Source: Basidiobolus meristosporus CBS 931.73
Lineage: Eukaryota; Fungi; Basidiobolomycota
Assembly (NCBI GenBank): GCA_002104905.1
Contig: MCFE01000057.1
Span: forward strand, 62,001 to 126,000
Length of the DNA: 64,000 nucleotides
Direction: 5' to 3'
Shown here piece by piece: positions 1 to 12,399 of the stretch. How positions within the stretch are numbered: position 1 is the first letter of the stretch; each line of letters begins with the position of its first letter. A program made the translations under genes and the position numbers. The notes under the pieces are model-generated. The model was not told the DNA's origin and did not search any database. It saw only the letters and a program-made list of their open reading frames with translations.

Positions 1-239
1 AACACAGAGGAAAGTCCTATAAGGAAGAAAATGGCAGAATTGGTAAATATTCAAGATACTTAATAATGCACAGTGTGTTCATACATGAAGCCATCCACTG
101 AGAGAAATGTACGCAAAGCATCATGAAGAGTAAATACAGCAAGAAAGAAACTATCTTGAGCAAAATAAGCAAGACCAAGTAGAGTTATCAGTAGCTGTAT
201 CCTACCACTGGCACAATCCTAGAGATTGTAGTGGCAGAT

Positions 240-315
240 GATGCCATAAAGTGCCAGATAAATCTAGCACTATAACTGAGCTGGCTATATATGTGACTAT
301 CTAACAGAACAAGTC
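240..315. mobile_element. Right-end fragment of Harbinger-type MITE/foldback family
   Basis: Ends ...AACAAGTC followed by TAA (316-318); GTGCCA subterminal motif as in the other copies. Confidence 0.5.
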
Positions 316-339
316 TAATAGATATAGAGTCATATATCT

Positions 340-460
340 GAAAGAAAGTAGAAAGTTAGTGCTATAAATTAGTCCTACAGTGACTAAAACTAGTCCAGAA
401 CAGTTAAGTAGACTTTTAGCAGCTGAATATACCAGATATCTTGATATTTCTCTGCTCATC
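340..460 (-). mobile_element. Copia family 2 LTR fragment
   Basis: Similar to reverse complement of the LTR 5' part at 5101 and 8231 and to the minus LTR at 10647-11014 (actagtc...gaac, tagtcctacag). Confidence 0.45.
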
Positions 461-479
461 TTCAACTAAACCAGATGAG

Positions 480-3400
480 AAACTATTACAATGATCCCAT
501 CAAAGGCAATCACAAGTTTAAAGGCCCATGTATAGGAGGTATTAGTTCCATAAGGACACCATGCAAAGATGGTCAAAAAATAATTGCACCCCCAATTTCA
601 CAAAAAACTTGTAAATATTTTTCATCACAACAATACATAAGTTTTTTTTGGTTCTCTGCCAGTTTCTCACTTTCTGATCCCAAACACCCTATCACCTCCT
701 ACACATGTGTTCATTGAGTGGCTATTTCCTCTTTTGTACACTCCCAACTACTTACCCCAGCCATTTCTCTTATTTTTCTTACACACAAGTTGACTTATTT
801 TTATTGAAACTTCAGTTGAGCCTCAATTGCCAATTGTACTGACCTTTACAAGTCCCTGTACACTACACCAACATTAAGCCTAACCCTGCACTCAACAAGT
901 AGCTTCATTTAAATCCACCACTCAATAAACATAACTGCTGTAATGCTCTGTTTCCATGACTTTGGCTGGAACCCTACAGCTGTATGCCACTGTTCAATCA
1001 CTGGTTCCAATACATCTTGGTCTTCAGCCAGCACATCAAGGTCTATCACCTCATCTGCCAGTCCTTCCAATAAATCCTTGCAATATTCAAGTGTATTTTC
1101 TTGAGCACTGCTCTTGAAGAAATGCTGCAACCTCTAGGTGTGCTTATTAATGTTCCAAAATTCCACTAAAGGCATTATGAAAGCCTTGTGAGTTCTTGAC
1201 ATTGTTACTTTGTCTGTTGGTAGGATCTCCACTCTGTCAACAATAGAGGATGTAAAGGCTGTGGTAGACAAATTACCTTTCTCCGCAAACTCATCTACCA
1301 CACTGCAGTATAGCTCAACTGGCTGTGCTTCCAACTTTTGTGAAAGCAGCATATTTTTTGTTGATAATTATTCTTGGCTATGAAGGAAATCTGTCTGTTC
1401 CAGGTTTACAGCATTAATCTGCAGGAGCTGCAGCTTTTTTCTCATGCTTTCCCCTCTTGCTGGCCTGAGTAGACTTTATTCCCTTTAGCTTTTCCTTTAT
1501 CACTGTCAGGTCTTTGACTGCTACTTTGTCTGAGTGCTACATGTATCAAACTACATTTTCTCAAGAAATGCTACTTGGGTGTAAATGTCTTGGTCTCCTT
1601 ACCCCATGCTGGCACTCTGAGGGCAAATAATGCTATTAGCCCACTTGTTTTGAGCTCTAAGCCCTTGATGTAACTGGCTCCAATGTAGCTGGTGGTTTTC
1701 ATCACTGCCAGGTCCTTTGGTGCTCTTTTGATTGTGTGTTTCTTGAGTGGAACTATGCTTTTTCCATGATAAATGTTGTACTAATGCATCTGTGTCTGCC
1801 TGCTTGTCCCTTATTGGCACTCTTCCAGCTACCTGATTTCTACTCAACACTTGTTTGGAGCTTTTAACCCTGCTTTCAACAGGCTCTTGAGGGAGCTGGT
1901 GGTTTTTGGCCATTGCACCTGTGTTTGTCTGCCTTGGAAAGTTTTGGCTATTCTTGAGACAGTTTCTCAGCATACTAATGCCAGCCCAAAATCAATTTGC
2001 TTGCTTGAATCCAGGATAATACTCATGGAACAAGTGAAGCACATTCTGCTTGGCCTTGAGTTCCTGATGGTCCAATGGTATGCTAGCCTCAAGGTGTTGA
2101 TATGTTAGACTTTTGAAAGCCTCTTGAATAAGAGCCCACTCTTCATCATTGCACTCAATAGCTTCACAGATCTTCAATAACTTTTGATTTTTGGGCGTTG
2201 GTGTAAACATTGAGGGTTCTCCCTCCCAGGCTGCAATGGGCTTTTCTGTGAGCTTTATCTTTAGGCACAGTTGTTGTACCTCAACTACTATGCAGTATTC
2301 TTCTGCTGTAACATTGGGGAAATGGCTCAATTCTTGGCTGTGACATTGAGCTTCTTGATTACCTTCTTTGCAGCTTCAACTGAATATACTGCTTTGGCTA
2401 CGTACTTCTCTGTCACAGCATTATGGTCAGTTTGTGGCTCCACAGAGATTTCAAATTGCCTACTTGACTGAGAGCCTGAGGAGTCCACATTATTACCTCC
2501 AGTGGGCACACTGTCCACATGTTCATTTTTGGCTCTAGCCAATGACAAAGCAAGCTGTGCCCAATTGTTTTTCTGCTGCTGTCAATGGTACAGTTTGGTT
2601 GGGCACCAGACAACTTTGCTTTTTTTTTGGTGGCATATATCTAGAATTGAGTCAAATAAATGGGGAAACAAGATACATGTACATGTGTATATGGTGCACA
2701 ACTTTATTTATAATGCTTACTATGGTGGGTCAACATTAAATTATATTTATTTAGGTGCAATGTCTCAAATACTAGCCTGTCTTAAATTCACCTGGGTATT
2801 GAGAAAAATGATAAAATAGCATTGAGTTGTCAAGTGTCAAACTGACTGCCTCATGGACAAGACTACTTTGATTCAACTCCATAAGAGGAGAGAAAAATGA
2901 CCATGTGGCTATTGCAGCAAGCCTCTCAGCCATGAGGCACACAGACAGCATAGGAAGTACTACAAGGATTATGGCCAGTGTTTTGCCACATAGGTCATAT
3001 TTGACCATTTGCCAGTCACTAATGTACCAACAATATCTTGACAGCCACTTGATACTTCTATATGCATATCTGGCTGTACTTGCCATCTTGTGCAAACTGA
3101 GTCCAGTGAGTTTAAGACACTGTTAGGCTCACCCCAGCCTTCTAAATATTGCATGCAGAGTGATAGCTTGGAAGAAGCAGGCTAACTGATGGAATGTGAG
3201 CATATCTTCCTTAACAAGAGTACTTTGCATGAGCCTAGCAAAATCCCAATATGCAATGAGACAACACTCATGAAAAAATGCCAAGGATAGTTTATGGAGT
3301 CATGTGAGCCCAGATATCCATCTATTGGTGATGGATGTGATGTTGTGACTAGAGAAGTGGCATTTTTCTACTAATATCACTATTGCATGCTTCAAGAATT

Positions 3401-5100
3401 TACCACTACTTCTTGCCAAAATCATCCTGGGATGCAACTTACCATGTGTCTGGTATATATGCACAATTGTCATATTGCTGGCAATATATGGCTCAGAGAC
3501 CATCTTGATAGCAGCATGTGTAAACAATTGCGTGGTGTTCATACCACAAAATTTCATCATTGCAAGGTGTCCAACATGACACGTATCCACTACCATTGGG
3601 GGAAAACATTGTTAATGCTCCAGATATATTTTGGTAATACCCTGACTAAAGAAGCTCATGCAACTCAACAAATATTGTTAAGCTATAATGTGCAGCACTT
3701 GGTATTAATCAAGCATAAACATATGTAGTATAAATGATGGCAAACATTACAAACAGCTAAGAAGCAAGGGCTACCTTGAAGGTATGTCTGATCATGCACT
3801 TGCCTTGGTACTTGATGAGCTCTCATTAAGCAAGTAGCCTACCAGCACATCCTGCTGTCCACTGATTCTCATCAATCTGATTTTGCCACCTATATTACAG
3901 TATCAGAGCTAAAATCTAATAGCAGATTCACTGGTTTCTGGGCCTAAATGACTGTCCAACCTGGATAGCCACTTGTATACATTGCTGGATGATTATTTTA
4001 TGCTTTCCAGCCGGATTACACTAGGTGACCATCATGTTAAAGTGCATATCATTATCTGCACTGGAGATACCCCAGCCATCCGCAGGATAGCTGGCTTTTC
4101 TGGGTACAATCAATGGTATTGCTATCAAATAAGAGAGATCCACAGGATCCACTCTGTAACTCACACAGTTTATTACTACCTAAACACCAATGCTAAGAAC
4201 ATCATCTTTCCACAGAGAGAATGTACAGAAGTCAGCATGCAATTGCAGCAAAGTTGGCAAACTATAAGCCATTGGCCAGAACATGGAATTAAATGGAAAC
4301 CAGAGATACTCAAGATAGAGGGTATCTGTTAGAGCAAAAGATTTCCAGTGGGAGCAATGGATCAGCTTTGCAACAATATCCCTATACTGATGGCCAAATT
4401 GTACATGGGGCATTTCAAGCTAATTGATGCATTTAAGGTACCAAAGAAATTTGAAAGAATTTGCAAGATATTACAGTGTATCTACTATCCATGGTGCTTC
4501 CCACAGGCTTCAGTCATCATTCATATACATATGCAAAGATACAGGTATATGGACTGGATGAACTGGATATGTATTTAGTCCAGTGACACTCTAAAGCCAT
4601 TTCTACCAAGAGTACATTGGAAGCATGGGTAGTCATATATGGGCAATGTAGGGGTGTTTATCAGAAGCAAATAACCAATAACTGTTTGATGCATCTACAG
4701 CGTTTGTGCAAGGAGTTTACATCATGATTTGAGCTGCCATATAACAAACATAACACTGAGCATGTAGATCTCTGCTGCTACTGTGTCTAATCTCTACCCC
4801 ATCTTGTTTGGTGTGTTGCAAATGTTGGGTCTTACTTCACCTTTTGGGTGTTTTATATGAAGTGTATAGACTTGTTCCATCATTCCAGCTGATCATAGTG
4901 CCCAATAGTGCCATAGCATGCCAGATGGTGCCTGATCATGCCACAGCGTGCCAGATGGTGCCATACAGTGCCAATTTGGGATCAAAATTGACATGCATAT
5001 GAACCTAAAATATCAAATTAGTAACAAAATATACAGCACTCTCAGGTACTATGATCTATGGCACAATGGAACAAGTCTTATGTGTGGGGAGTTAGGAGGA
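480..5100. mobile_element. CACTA/En-Spm-like DNA transposon copy 1 (decayed): accessory ORF2 on minus (~900-2560), transposase on plus (~2850-5100)
   Basis: Transposase fragments with CTGDTPAIRRIAGFSG and ...FTFW motifs; colinear with copies at 12.4-16.7, 19.8-24.6 and 24.7-30.5 kb; interrupted by a MITE at 4869 and cut by an LTR at 5101; termini not found. Confidence 0.75.
4869..5077. mobile_element. 209-bp Tourist-like (PIF/Harbinger) MITE inserted in the CACTA transposase
   Basis: Perfect 12-bp TIR GACTTGTTCCAT...ATGGAACAAGTC; flanks ATA/TTA; transposase sequence resumes after it (tgtgtggggagttaggagga matches copy 3); internal TGCCA repeats. Confidence 0.7.
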
Positions 5101-7770
5101 TGCTAAATATTGCGCTATTTGGTATCATTCAGCAGGTAAAGATTTACTCAACAATTCTAGACTAGTCTTGGTCACTGTAGGATAAATTTACAGCCCTAAC
5201 CTTGCCAGTTTGTTCAGATCTATGATCCTATAATTATTCCCCTATAGTCAAGATTATAATAACACTTTTTACTAAACATTATGTACTAAACCACATACTG
5301 TTATTGAATGCTCCAGAATGTTGAAGAACCCTCCTTACCTAGTGTTACAGCTCTATTACTTCTGCAAAGGTATAAATACCAACCCTCTTTATGAATAAAC
5401 AACAGTTCAACTATTGTCACTATTTCTTCATAAGCCCCTTATATTCAATTCACTTCTTAAAACCCTGGAATATAGTAGCATAAGAGAAGTAGAGCTCAAA
5501 TAAGCAGCAGAAGAAGTTGAGAAGTTTCAAGAGAAGGAGAGAAAGGCCAATAAGGCCATATATCAATGTGCAAGATTCCTTCATTAGACAAATTCATATT
5601 TAAGTACTGCAAAAGCAGCATGGGAATTCTTAGAGAAGATTTCTAAAGCAAAGTATGTATCAAGCCTGCTTAATTGAAATGAAAGTTCTTCAACATGAGG
5701 AAGAAGCCAGATGATGACATGCTACAACTCATTACCAGAATGGAGACACTTGCAGAAGAGCTTTACAGTATCAATGCTGGTGTAGATGGTGAAGAAAAGA
5801 TACTCTGCCTGCTTTGCAGCCTACCAGACAAGTATGAGCCACCCATACTTTCTACTGACAGTAGAGAAGACAACTTGACTTTAGACTATATCAAAGGAAG
5901 ACTTCTCCATGAAGAACCTAGCACTTAATGATTAAGCAGGAAAAATCAAAGACAATGCTTTATTCTGCTCAGAAAGGAACACAGAAAAGAAGGGAAAGCA
6001 ACATAACCAAAGAAAATCTGGTTGCTGTAACTACTGTAAGAAGTCAGGATACTGGGCAAGAGAATGCAAGGAGAAACAAGCAGACAAAAAGCAGAAAATG
6101 GAGCAGGCAAGCCATATAACCACTGATGAACAGTTATTTGCAACTATACAAGGGAGTGTAAGTAACCAAATAATGAATGGTATATTGACTCTCAAGTATC
6201 ACAGCTTATTTATGGCATAAAGAAGTGGTTCAGCAACTTAAAGTTAATTCCAGTAAGACATGCTTATCTGGGAGGCAACTCTACACTGGAAGCTACCACA
6301 AGTGGGTCTTTACAACTATATATGAGTGATATCTCAGGGGCTACAACAGCAAAGCTGACTGAGGTACTGTACATACCTGAAATAGCTAAGAATCTACTCT
6401 CAGTCAGTAAAGCAGCTGCTCAGGGACTGAAATCTGTTTTTACTCAGATGAGCTGCTCTATATAGAGTGAAAGGGGGCAAATATTTTCCTGAGGAATCAG
6501 AGATCACAATATACATAAGTTACAATGCCAGATCATTGAACCTGAGTATGCCAACATTGCTGAAACTGATGAAACTAAATGGGAGACATGGCATAGGAGG
6601 CTAGTACACAATGGGTAACAGAAAATGAGCCAACCGGTGAAAAAACAGCTTGTTTTAGGCTTATATTACTCTATTACAATCAGGTTGAGTATCTGTAAAA
6701 GATGTTCATATGACAAGCATGCTTGGCAACATTTCAGGAGCTGTGGGGGGCATCAAGACCTTGACAAAATTGACTACTGTACACACAGACATATGTGGGC
6801 TCAAGAGAACACAGTTCTTTGGAGCCAAGAGATACTCTTTGGCATTTGTTGATGACAAGACAAAATATCCATGGGCGTACTTCCTCAAAACAAAGGATGA
6901 GGCTTTAGAGACACTTAAACACTGCAAGAACATGACAGCAATCAGCACTAGTCCAGAATTGTTGAATTTAAATCTTTAGCTGCACAATGATACCTGATAG
7001 TCAAATATTTCAACACTGATACCATCAAATTACTGGCTATTTTGCAATTAGACATGTATGTGTCAATGTGAACACTCTCCTTTAGAGCCAAAAGATACTT
7101 TAAGATATATATTGAGGACCAGACACAATACACATGGGTTTACCTCCTTCAGATCAAGGACAAGGTGCTAGAGGTGTTTACGCTCATCAAGTACATGGTA
7201 ACAACATAAACTGGGCTTAAATTGACTGTACTTCAAAGTGACAATGGAGGGGAATACTGCTCATCTACTGGTATACCTCAACAGACTGCTCTTCCGCATA
7301 CTCCTCAGCAAAATGGAGTAGCAGAACATGCAAATAGAACAATAGTCAAGATGGGAAGATCTATGCTACATGATTGGGAATGGACTACAGGTTTTGAGCT
7401 GAATCAGCTGCTAGTATAGGATGTATCAAGAATAGATGCCCAACAACAGCACTACATGATTTTACACCCTTTAAGGCATGTACAGGCATAAAACCAAACC
7501 TCCAGCACCTCAGTATCTTTGGTAGTGGTATCTTTTATCACATTGCTGACAAACAACGCTCAAAGATGGAACCACTGAGTACAAAAGGGTATAGAGTGTA
7601 TGGTGGCAAAATTCAGAAGTTGTTACAGAGCAGGGACATTGTATTTGAGGAGAATTCAGATCAGATAGCCTCTGATATCATTGGCCAGCTGCCTGATGAC
7701 GCACTCAACAATAGCAAAGAAGATATATACCTAATTCAGCCATGTATGGAAGATATTTCTATCAGCTCCA
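5101..7770 (+). mobile_element. Ty1/copia family 2, decayed (LTR ~5101-5465, gag, protease, integrase)
   Basis: gag-like LLCSLPDKYE...LTLDYIKGRLLHEE; integrase VHTDICG, LQSDNGGEY, PHTPQQNGVAEHANRT; an inverted LTR fragment (~6938-7015) joins two different integrase copies. Confidence 0.75.
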
Positions 7771-8600
7771 GATTGGAGCAGATTATGCTGGTTAGGAGTT
7801 TTACCAGAATAATAAATTCCCTTGGCCCAAAATGTGTAGTCAACTCTCTTCTCATGTAGCACAAATCTTCCAATCTCTACTTTTACCCTATATGCACGTT
7901 TTACACTCCATTTTGCTATGGAGTATCTGAAATCATGGACTGCTGAAGCAAACCAGTAGTTGAGCAGTGCTTTGAGAACATCTTAGAGCAGTATTTTCTA
8001 TATTTGCACTTTGAAGTACCTTCAATTTACACCCAGTTTGTGTTGTTACCATGCTCTTGGTGTGCTTAATGCCTCTAGTACCTTGTCCTTGATCTGGAGG
8101 AGGTACACCCATGTGTATCTTCTCTTGTCCTCAATAAATGTACTAGAGTAACTTTTGGCTCTGAAGGAGTGTGTTCACATTTACACACACATATCTGATT
8201 GCAAAATAGCCAGTAATTTGATGGTATCAGTGTTGAAATATTTGACTATCAGGTATCATTATGCAGCTAAAGATTTATTCAACAATTCTGGACTAGTGTC
8301 AATCACTGCAGGACTAACTTACAGTACTAAATTTGCCATTTTCTTGAGATAAATGATTCTATGATTCTTCCCCTATTGTCAAGATCAAATCAGCACTTTT
8401 ACCAAACATCTTGTACCAACCATGGACCTGTTACTGAATGCTCCTGAGAGTTGGGAAGCACTACTCATTGGGTGTTAAAGTTTATTACATCTACAAAGGT
8501 ATAAATACTGACCCTCTTTATGAATAAACAGCTGTTCAAGTATCTTCAGTTTCATGATAAGCTTGGTATATCCAGATTACTTCTTTAATTTTAGCAAACA
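7770..8600. mobile_element. Copia family 2: minus-strand integrase fragment (7770-8230) abutting plus-strand LTR (8231-~8600)
   Basis: Reverse complement matches 7016-7400; LTR starts TGTTGAAAT at 8231 with TATAAA and AATAAA as in the LTR at 5101. Confidence 0.65.
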
Positions 8601-11014
8601 GAGCCTTCTGAGCTCCTTAAACTTTATATAGCTTGTGTGCCATTTGAACTTCCCTTGCAAGCACTGAATTTGATTTGATTTGAGTAATTTAGGCCCAAAA
8701 CAAGTTGATTTTTCCCCAATTGGTTCATTTTCTCTTCCCCAAAGTGTCCTGGCCTTCTATGCAACATGCCCCAGTCAGCTTCATCATTTTCAATAGTGCT
8801 AAGGTACTCAGGTGCGATAATCCTGCATTTAACTTGTATGTATTATGACTTCCAGTTTCCAAAGCTTATTTTTGTCCATCGTTCACTTAATATTGAGCAG
8901 CTCAGCTGAGTAAAGACAAATATCAACTCCTCAAGTAGTTGCTTTACTCACTGAGAGCATGTGCTTAGCTATTCTAGAGATATAAGACTTGTGTAGTTGG
9001 ATAGTGCTATATTGAGCCAAAAGTGCCATTTGATACCATAGTGTGCTGAGGATGCCAAGAGGACCTATAGTTGACCACAGAGTGTTGTACATAGTTCTTC
9101 ATCTTCATGAAAAGCAGCCCCTGTGCGTCACCCATTTTGCCTGGGAAAATCCATTCTTGAACCATGTTTTAAGGATCAGTGTTGTGCATGATGTGCAAGT
9201 GGACCAAAGGACTGAAGACATACAACAAGCACATATAGTGTCATATGGTATCAGTGAACCAAGATTGTGCCAGGCATTTTTGTGACATGTTACAAGCCAC
9301 AGGAGCCAGATTCAGGGTGCCATTGGCTAATTAGTGCCTTATGTATGTCTTCAGTCCTTCTGTCCTCTTACATATCATGGACAACATTGAACTCAAAAAA
9401 AAGGTCAGAAAATGAATTTTATCCAGCACAGTGGGTGAAACACCGTAGCTGCTTTCCATGGAGATGAGGAACTATGTTCAACACTTTATGGCCAAGTTTA
9501 GGTCTGATATGCATCTCTGGCACACAATGAAATTAATAGCCACTCATGGCTCAATGTGGTGCTATTCAACACAACAAGTCTAAGGAGTATATTAGCTGCT
9601 TTTGCTGCTGTTACCCTAAGATATAACTGACATTTATCTCTATAGACCCACAAGGAGTTGCTTCCAGTGCAGAGTTATCTTCCAAGTAAGCCTTTCTTTC
9701 AGTCATATTCTTTAAGCTACTGAACCACTCCTTTACACTACAAATATGTTATGATGCTTCAGAGTCAGTGTGCCATTCATTACTACAAGTACTTGCACTC
9801 TCTTGTTTAATTACAAATAACTGCTCATCTGTAGTTGTATAGTTTGAGTACTCAAGTTTCTGTTTTTTGTCTGTATGTCTCTTCTTGCATTTTCTTAGCC
9901 AGTATTCTGGCATCATACAGTAGTTAAAGCAACTAGGTGTTCTTTGATTTCGCTGCTTCCCTTCCATTCTGTATGCATTTCTGAGCTGAATAAAGTATTA
10001 TCTTCAACTCTCTCTGCCTGGTCATTTGCCTGAGCACATGATGGAGAAGTCTTTCTTTAACACAATCAAAGGTCATATTCTCTTCTCTGCTTTCAAAAGA
10101 GAGTATTTGTGGCTCATGCATCTCTGTTAAGTGGCAAAGCAGACAGATTATCTTTTCCTCATCATCTACACCAGCATGGATACTGGGAAGTTCTACTGCA
10201 AGTGTCTTCATTTAGGTATTTAGTGGTAGCATGTCATCATCTTGCTTTGTGCTCATATTGAAGAGCTTTTGTTTTGAATAGAGCTTGTTTGATACAGACT
10301 TAGCTCTAGAGATCTACTTGAAGGACTCTCATGCTGCTTTAGTCATATTGAATGCATGAATCTCTCCAATGAAGGAATCTTGCACATTAAGACATAGAGT
10401 ATCAGAGGTTTTTCTTTCCTACTCTGGGGACTCTTCACCTACTTTGGCTATACCTCTGGGCTCAACCTCCTTTCCTGCTAATATATTTGAAAGCTTTCTC
10501 TCCTTAAGGAAAATCAGCATCTTGGATCTCCAAGATCTGTGCTTCTTCCCATTCAGCCACTCCTTTACCAAGGAGGTGTTTATACTGCTCTGTTTACTGG
10601 TAAAAGTCACTGTTAGAATAGTTTATGGCTATTGGGGCTCATAACCTGATGCATTTCTAGCAGTGTTTTGGATATAAGGATCTTATCAAGAACTGATAAC
10701 AAGAGTGAATGGGTATTTGCTCATTAGGATGCTCTTTGTTTATACCTTTGTAGAAGTGACACAACTGTAACACCAAGTAAGGTGAGTTTCTCAGTATCTA
10801 GAAGCATTCAGTCACATTTATTGGGCTTGCACACAAAGTGGGAATAATGGCTAATATCATCTTGACTATAGGGGAATAATCATAAAATCAAAGATCTGAA
10901 AGAGAGTTGCAAAATTAGCGCTGTAAACTAGTCCTACAGAGACAACAACTAGTCTAGAACTGTAAAGTAAGCCTTTTGCTGGTATTATGACAGTCTCAAA
11001 GTGGGATCTTAACA
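8600..11014 (-). mobile_element. Ty1/copia family 2, 5' half (LTR 11014-10647, PBS, gag, protease, integrase N-terminus), interrupted by foldback element
   Basis: LTR TG...CA followed by perfect PBS GGTTATGAGCCCC (10646-10634); gag WRSKMLIFLKERKL, IICLLCHL; protease WHTDSEAS. Confidence 0.75.
8986..9580. mobile_element. Harbinger-type foldback element, centre deleted (595 bp)
   Basis: GACTTG...CAAGTC termini with exact TAA duplication (8983-8985, 9581-9583); host copia sequence continuous across it; arms homologous to 17195-17925. Confidence 0.75.
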
Positions 11015-11129
11015 TCTGATCTGAGTTGGGTCAACCCACAGGACCAAGTTATTTTTCATAGGGTATTGTCACCCATATAACCATCTTGATTAGGATTTCT
11101 TGATACTAGATAAGAGGTTCTTTCTGGAG

Positions 11130-12380
11130 TGCAAAGAGTTGGGATGCTGCAGAGCCAATGTACCACATCTGAGAATCCTTCTTAGTAGTCAGATTTAGTG
11201 CATGAAAGAATAGCCTTTGATCAGTTGTTGTTGAATTTACATATTCAGGCTTTTTCTGCTCACTATCTCTCTTTTTGAGGCACCAGTCTGAATTATGTCC
11301 TTTACTTTTGCAGTAGTTGCAAAACAGGTGGCCATTGGCTTTTAAGTGTTGTAGGTATCTCCTTTGTTATTAGTCATTGCTTGTTAAGGCATTTCCCTCT
11401 TCCTTCTTGAGGTAGTTAGAGTTAGTCATACCACCAAATTACTCTCCTTACTTGGCCAGTTAGATCATTACCTTGCAATTCTAGAGAATACTGACTAAAC
11501 TCCTTGTTGGGACTTACTAAGAAAAATTTCTCCAATATAATAGATACTTCAAACATGAAAATCCTCAAATATTTCCAAACAACCTCAAACTTTGCTCATA
11601 TGTTGTTAGGACCTTCCTAAGCCTATTGTACATGTTTGTAATGCCAAGACCATGTAAAATTATATATATACCACTTTTACATCCAATATATCACTAAGTG
11701 ACAACTACATAATCTACTTGTTTTCTAAATCACCTCCAATATCTCCAAGGCTCTAACAACAAGTTATGAGCCTATGCTGTCACCTAGGGCAGTGCCTACT
11801 ACTGCTATTACTGCTACTTCTTATTCTGCTAAAATGTGGATGGATCCAACTACCAGGTGTGGAAGGTGAAGATGAAAATACTGTTACAAGAAAAAGGCCT
11901 TTGGGATAGTCTCATGGGAGTAAAATACACTCCTAAAAGCTTGGGGGTGGAAGCCTCAAAGTGCTGAAAGAACAAACAAAGTGACTTTAACTGCTTTTGC
12001 CTTAATGTCAAGCACTAATTGCAAATTCAAATCTCAAGAGCAAAACAGCAAAGAATGCCTGGAATGCATCAGTAGACACCTACTTGTCATGTTCAGCTGT
12101 TAAGATAATGTATCTTAGACAAAATTTATCACTACAAACATGCAGCCAGGAGAGGAAATGAAAAGTCTTATCAATAGAGACACCCTGCTGGTGGATGAGA
12201 TAGAATCTGTGGGCATACCAACTATTGATGAGGATGCAATAGTTACCATCCTGAATGACATGACATATATGATTTGTGACTTTGTAACAGCCCTATAGTC
12301 CAAACTAAGGATTTGACCTTAAATTAGGTGTAAAAAAGGCTCCTGGATGAAGAAAAAAGAACATCAAGCACCAATGCCCT
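11130..12380. mobile_element. Copia family 1 remnants: minus gag/protease piece (~11130-11420) and plus LTR-PBS-gag piece (~11420-12380)
   Basis: Similarity to the elements at 40700-48563; degenerate PBS AGTTATGAGCC at 11762; gtggaaggtgaagatgaa gag motif. Confidence 0.65.
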
Positions 12381-12399
12381 ATGAAACATAATTTGGTCC

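Noticed and set aside
5081-5100. Purine run before the LTR as a polypurine tract
   Set aside because: It matches CACTA transposase sequence (tgtgtggggagataggagga in copy 3), so it is the insertion target
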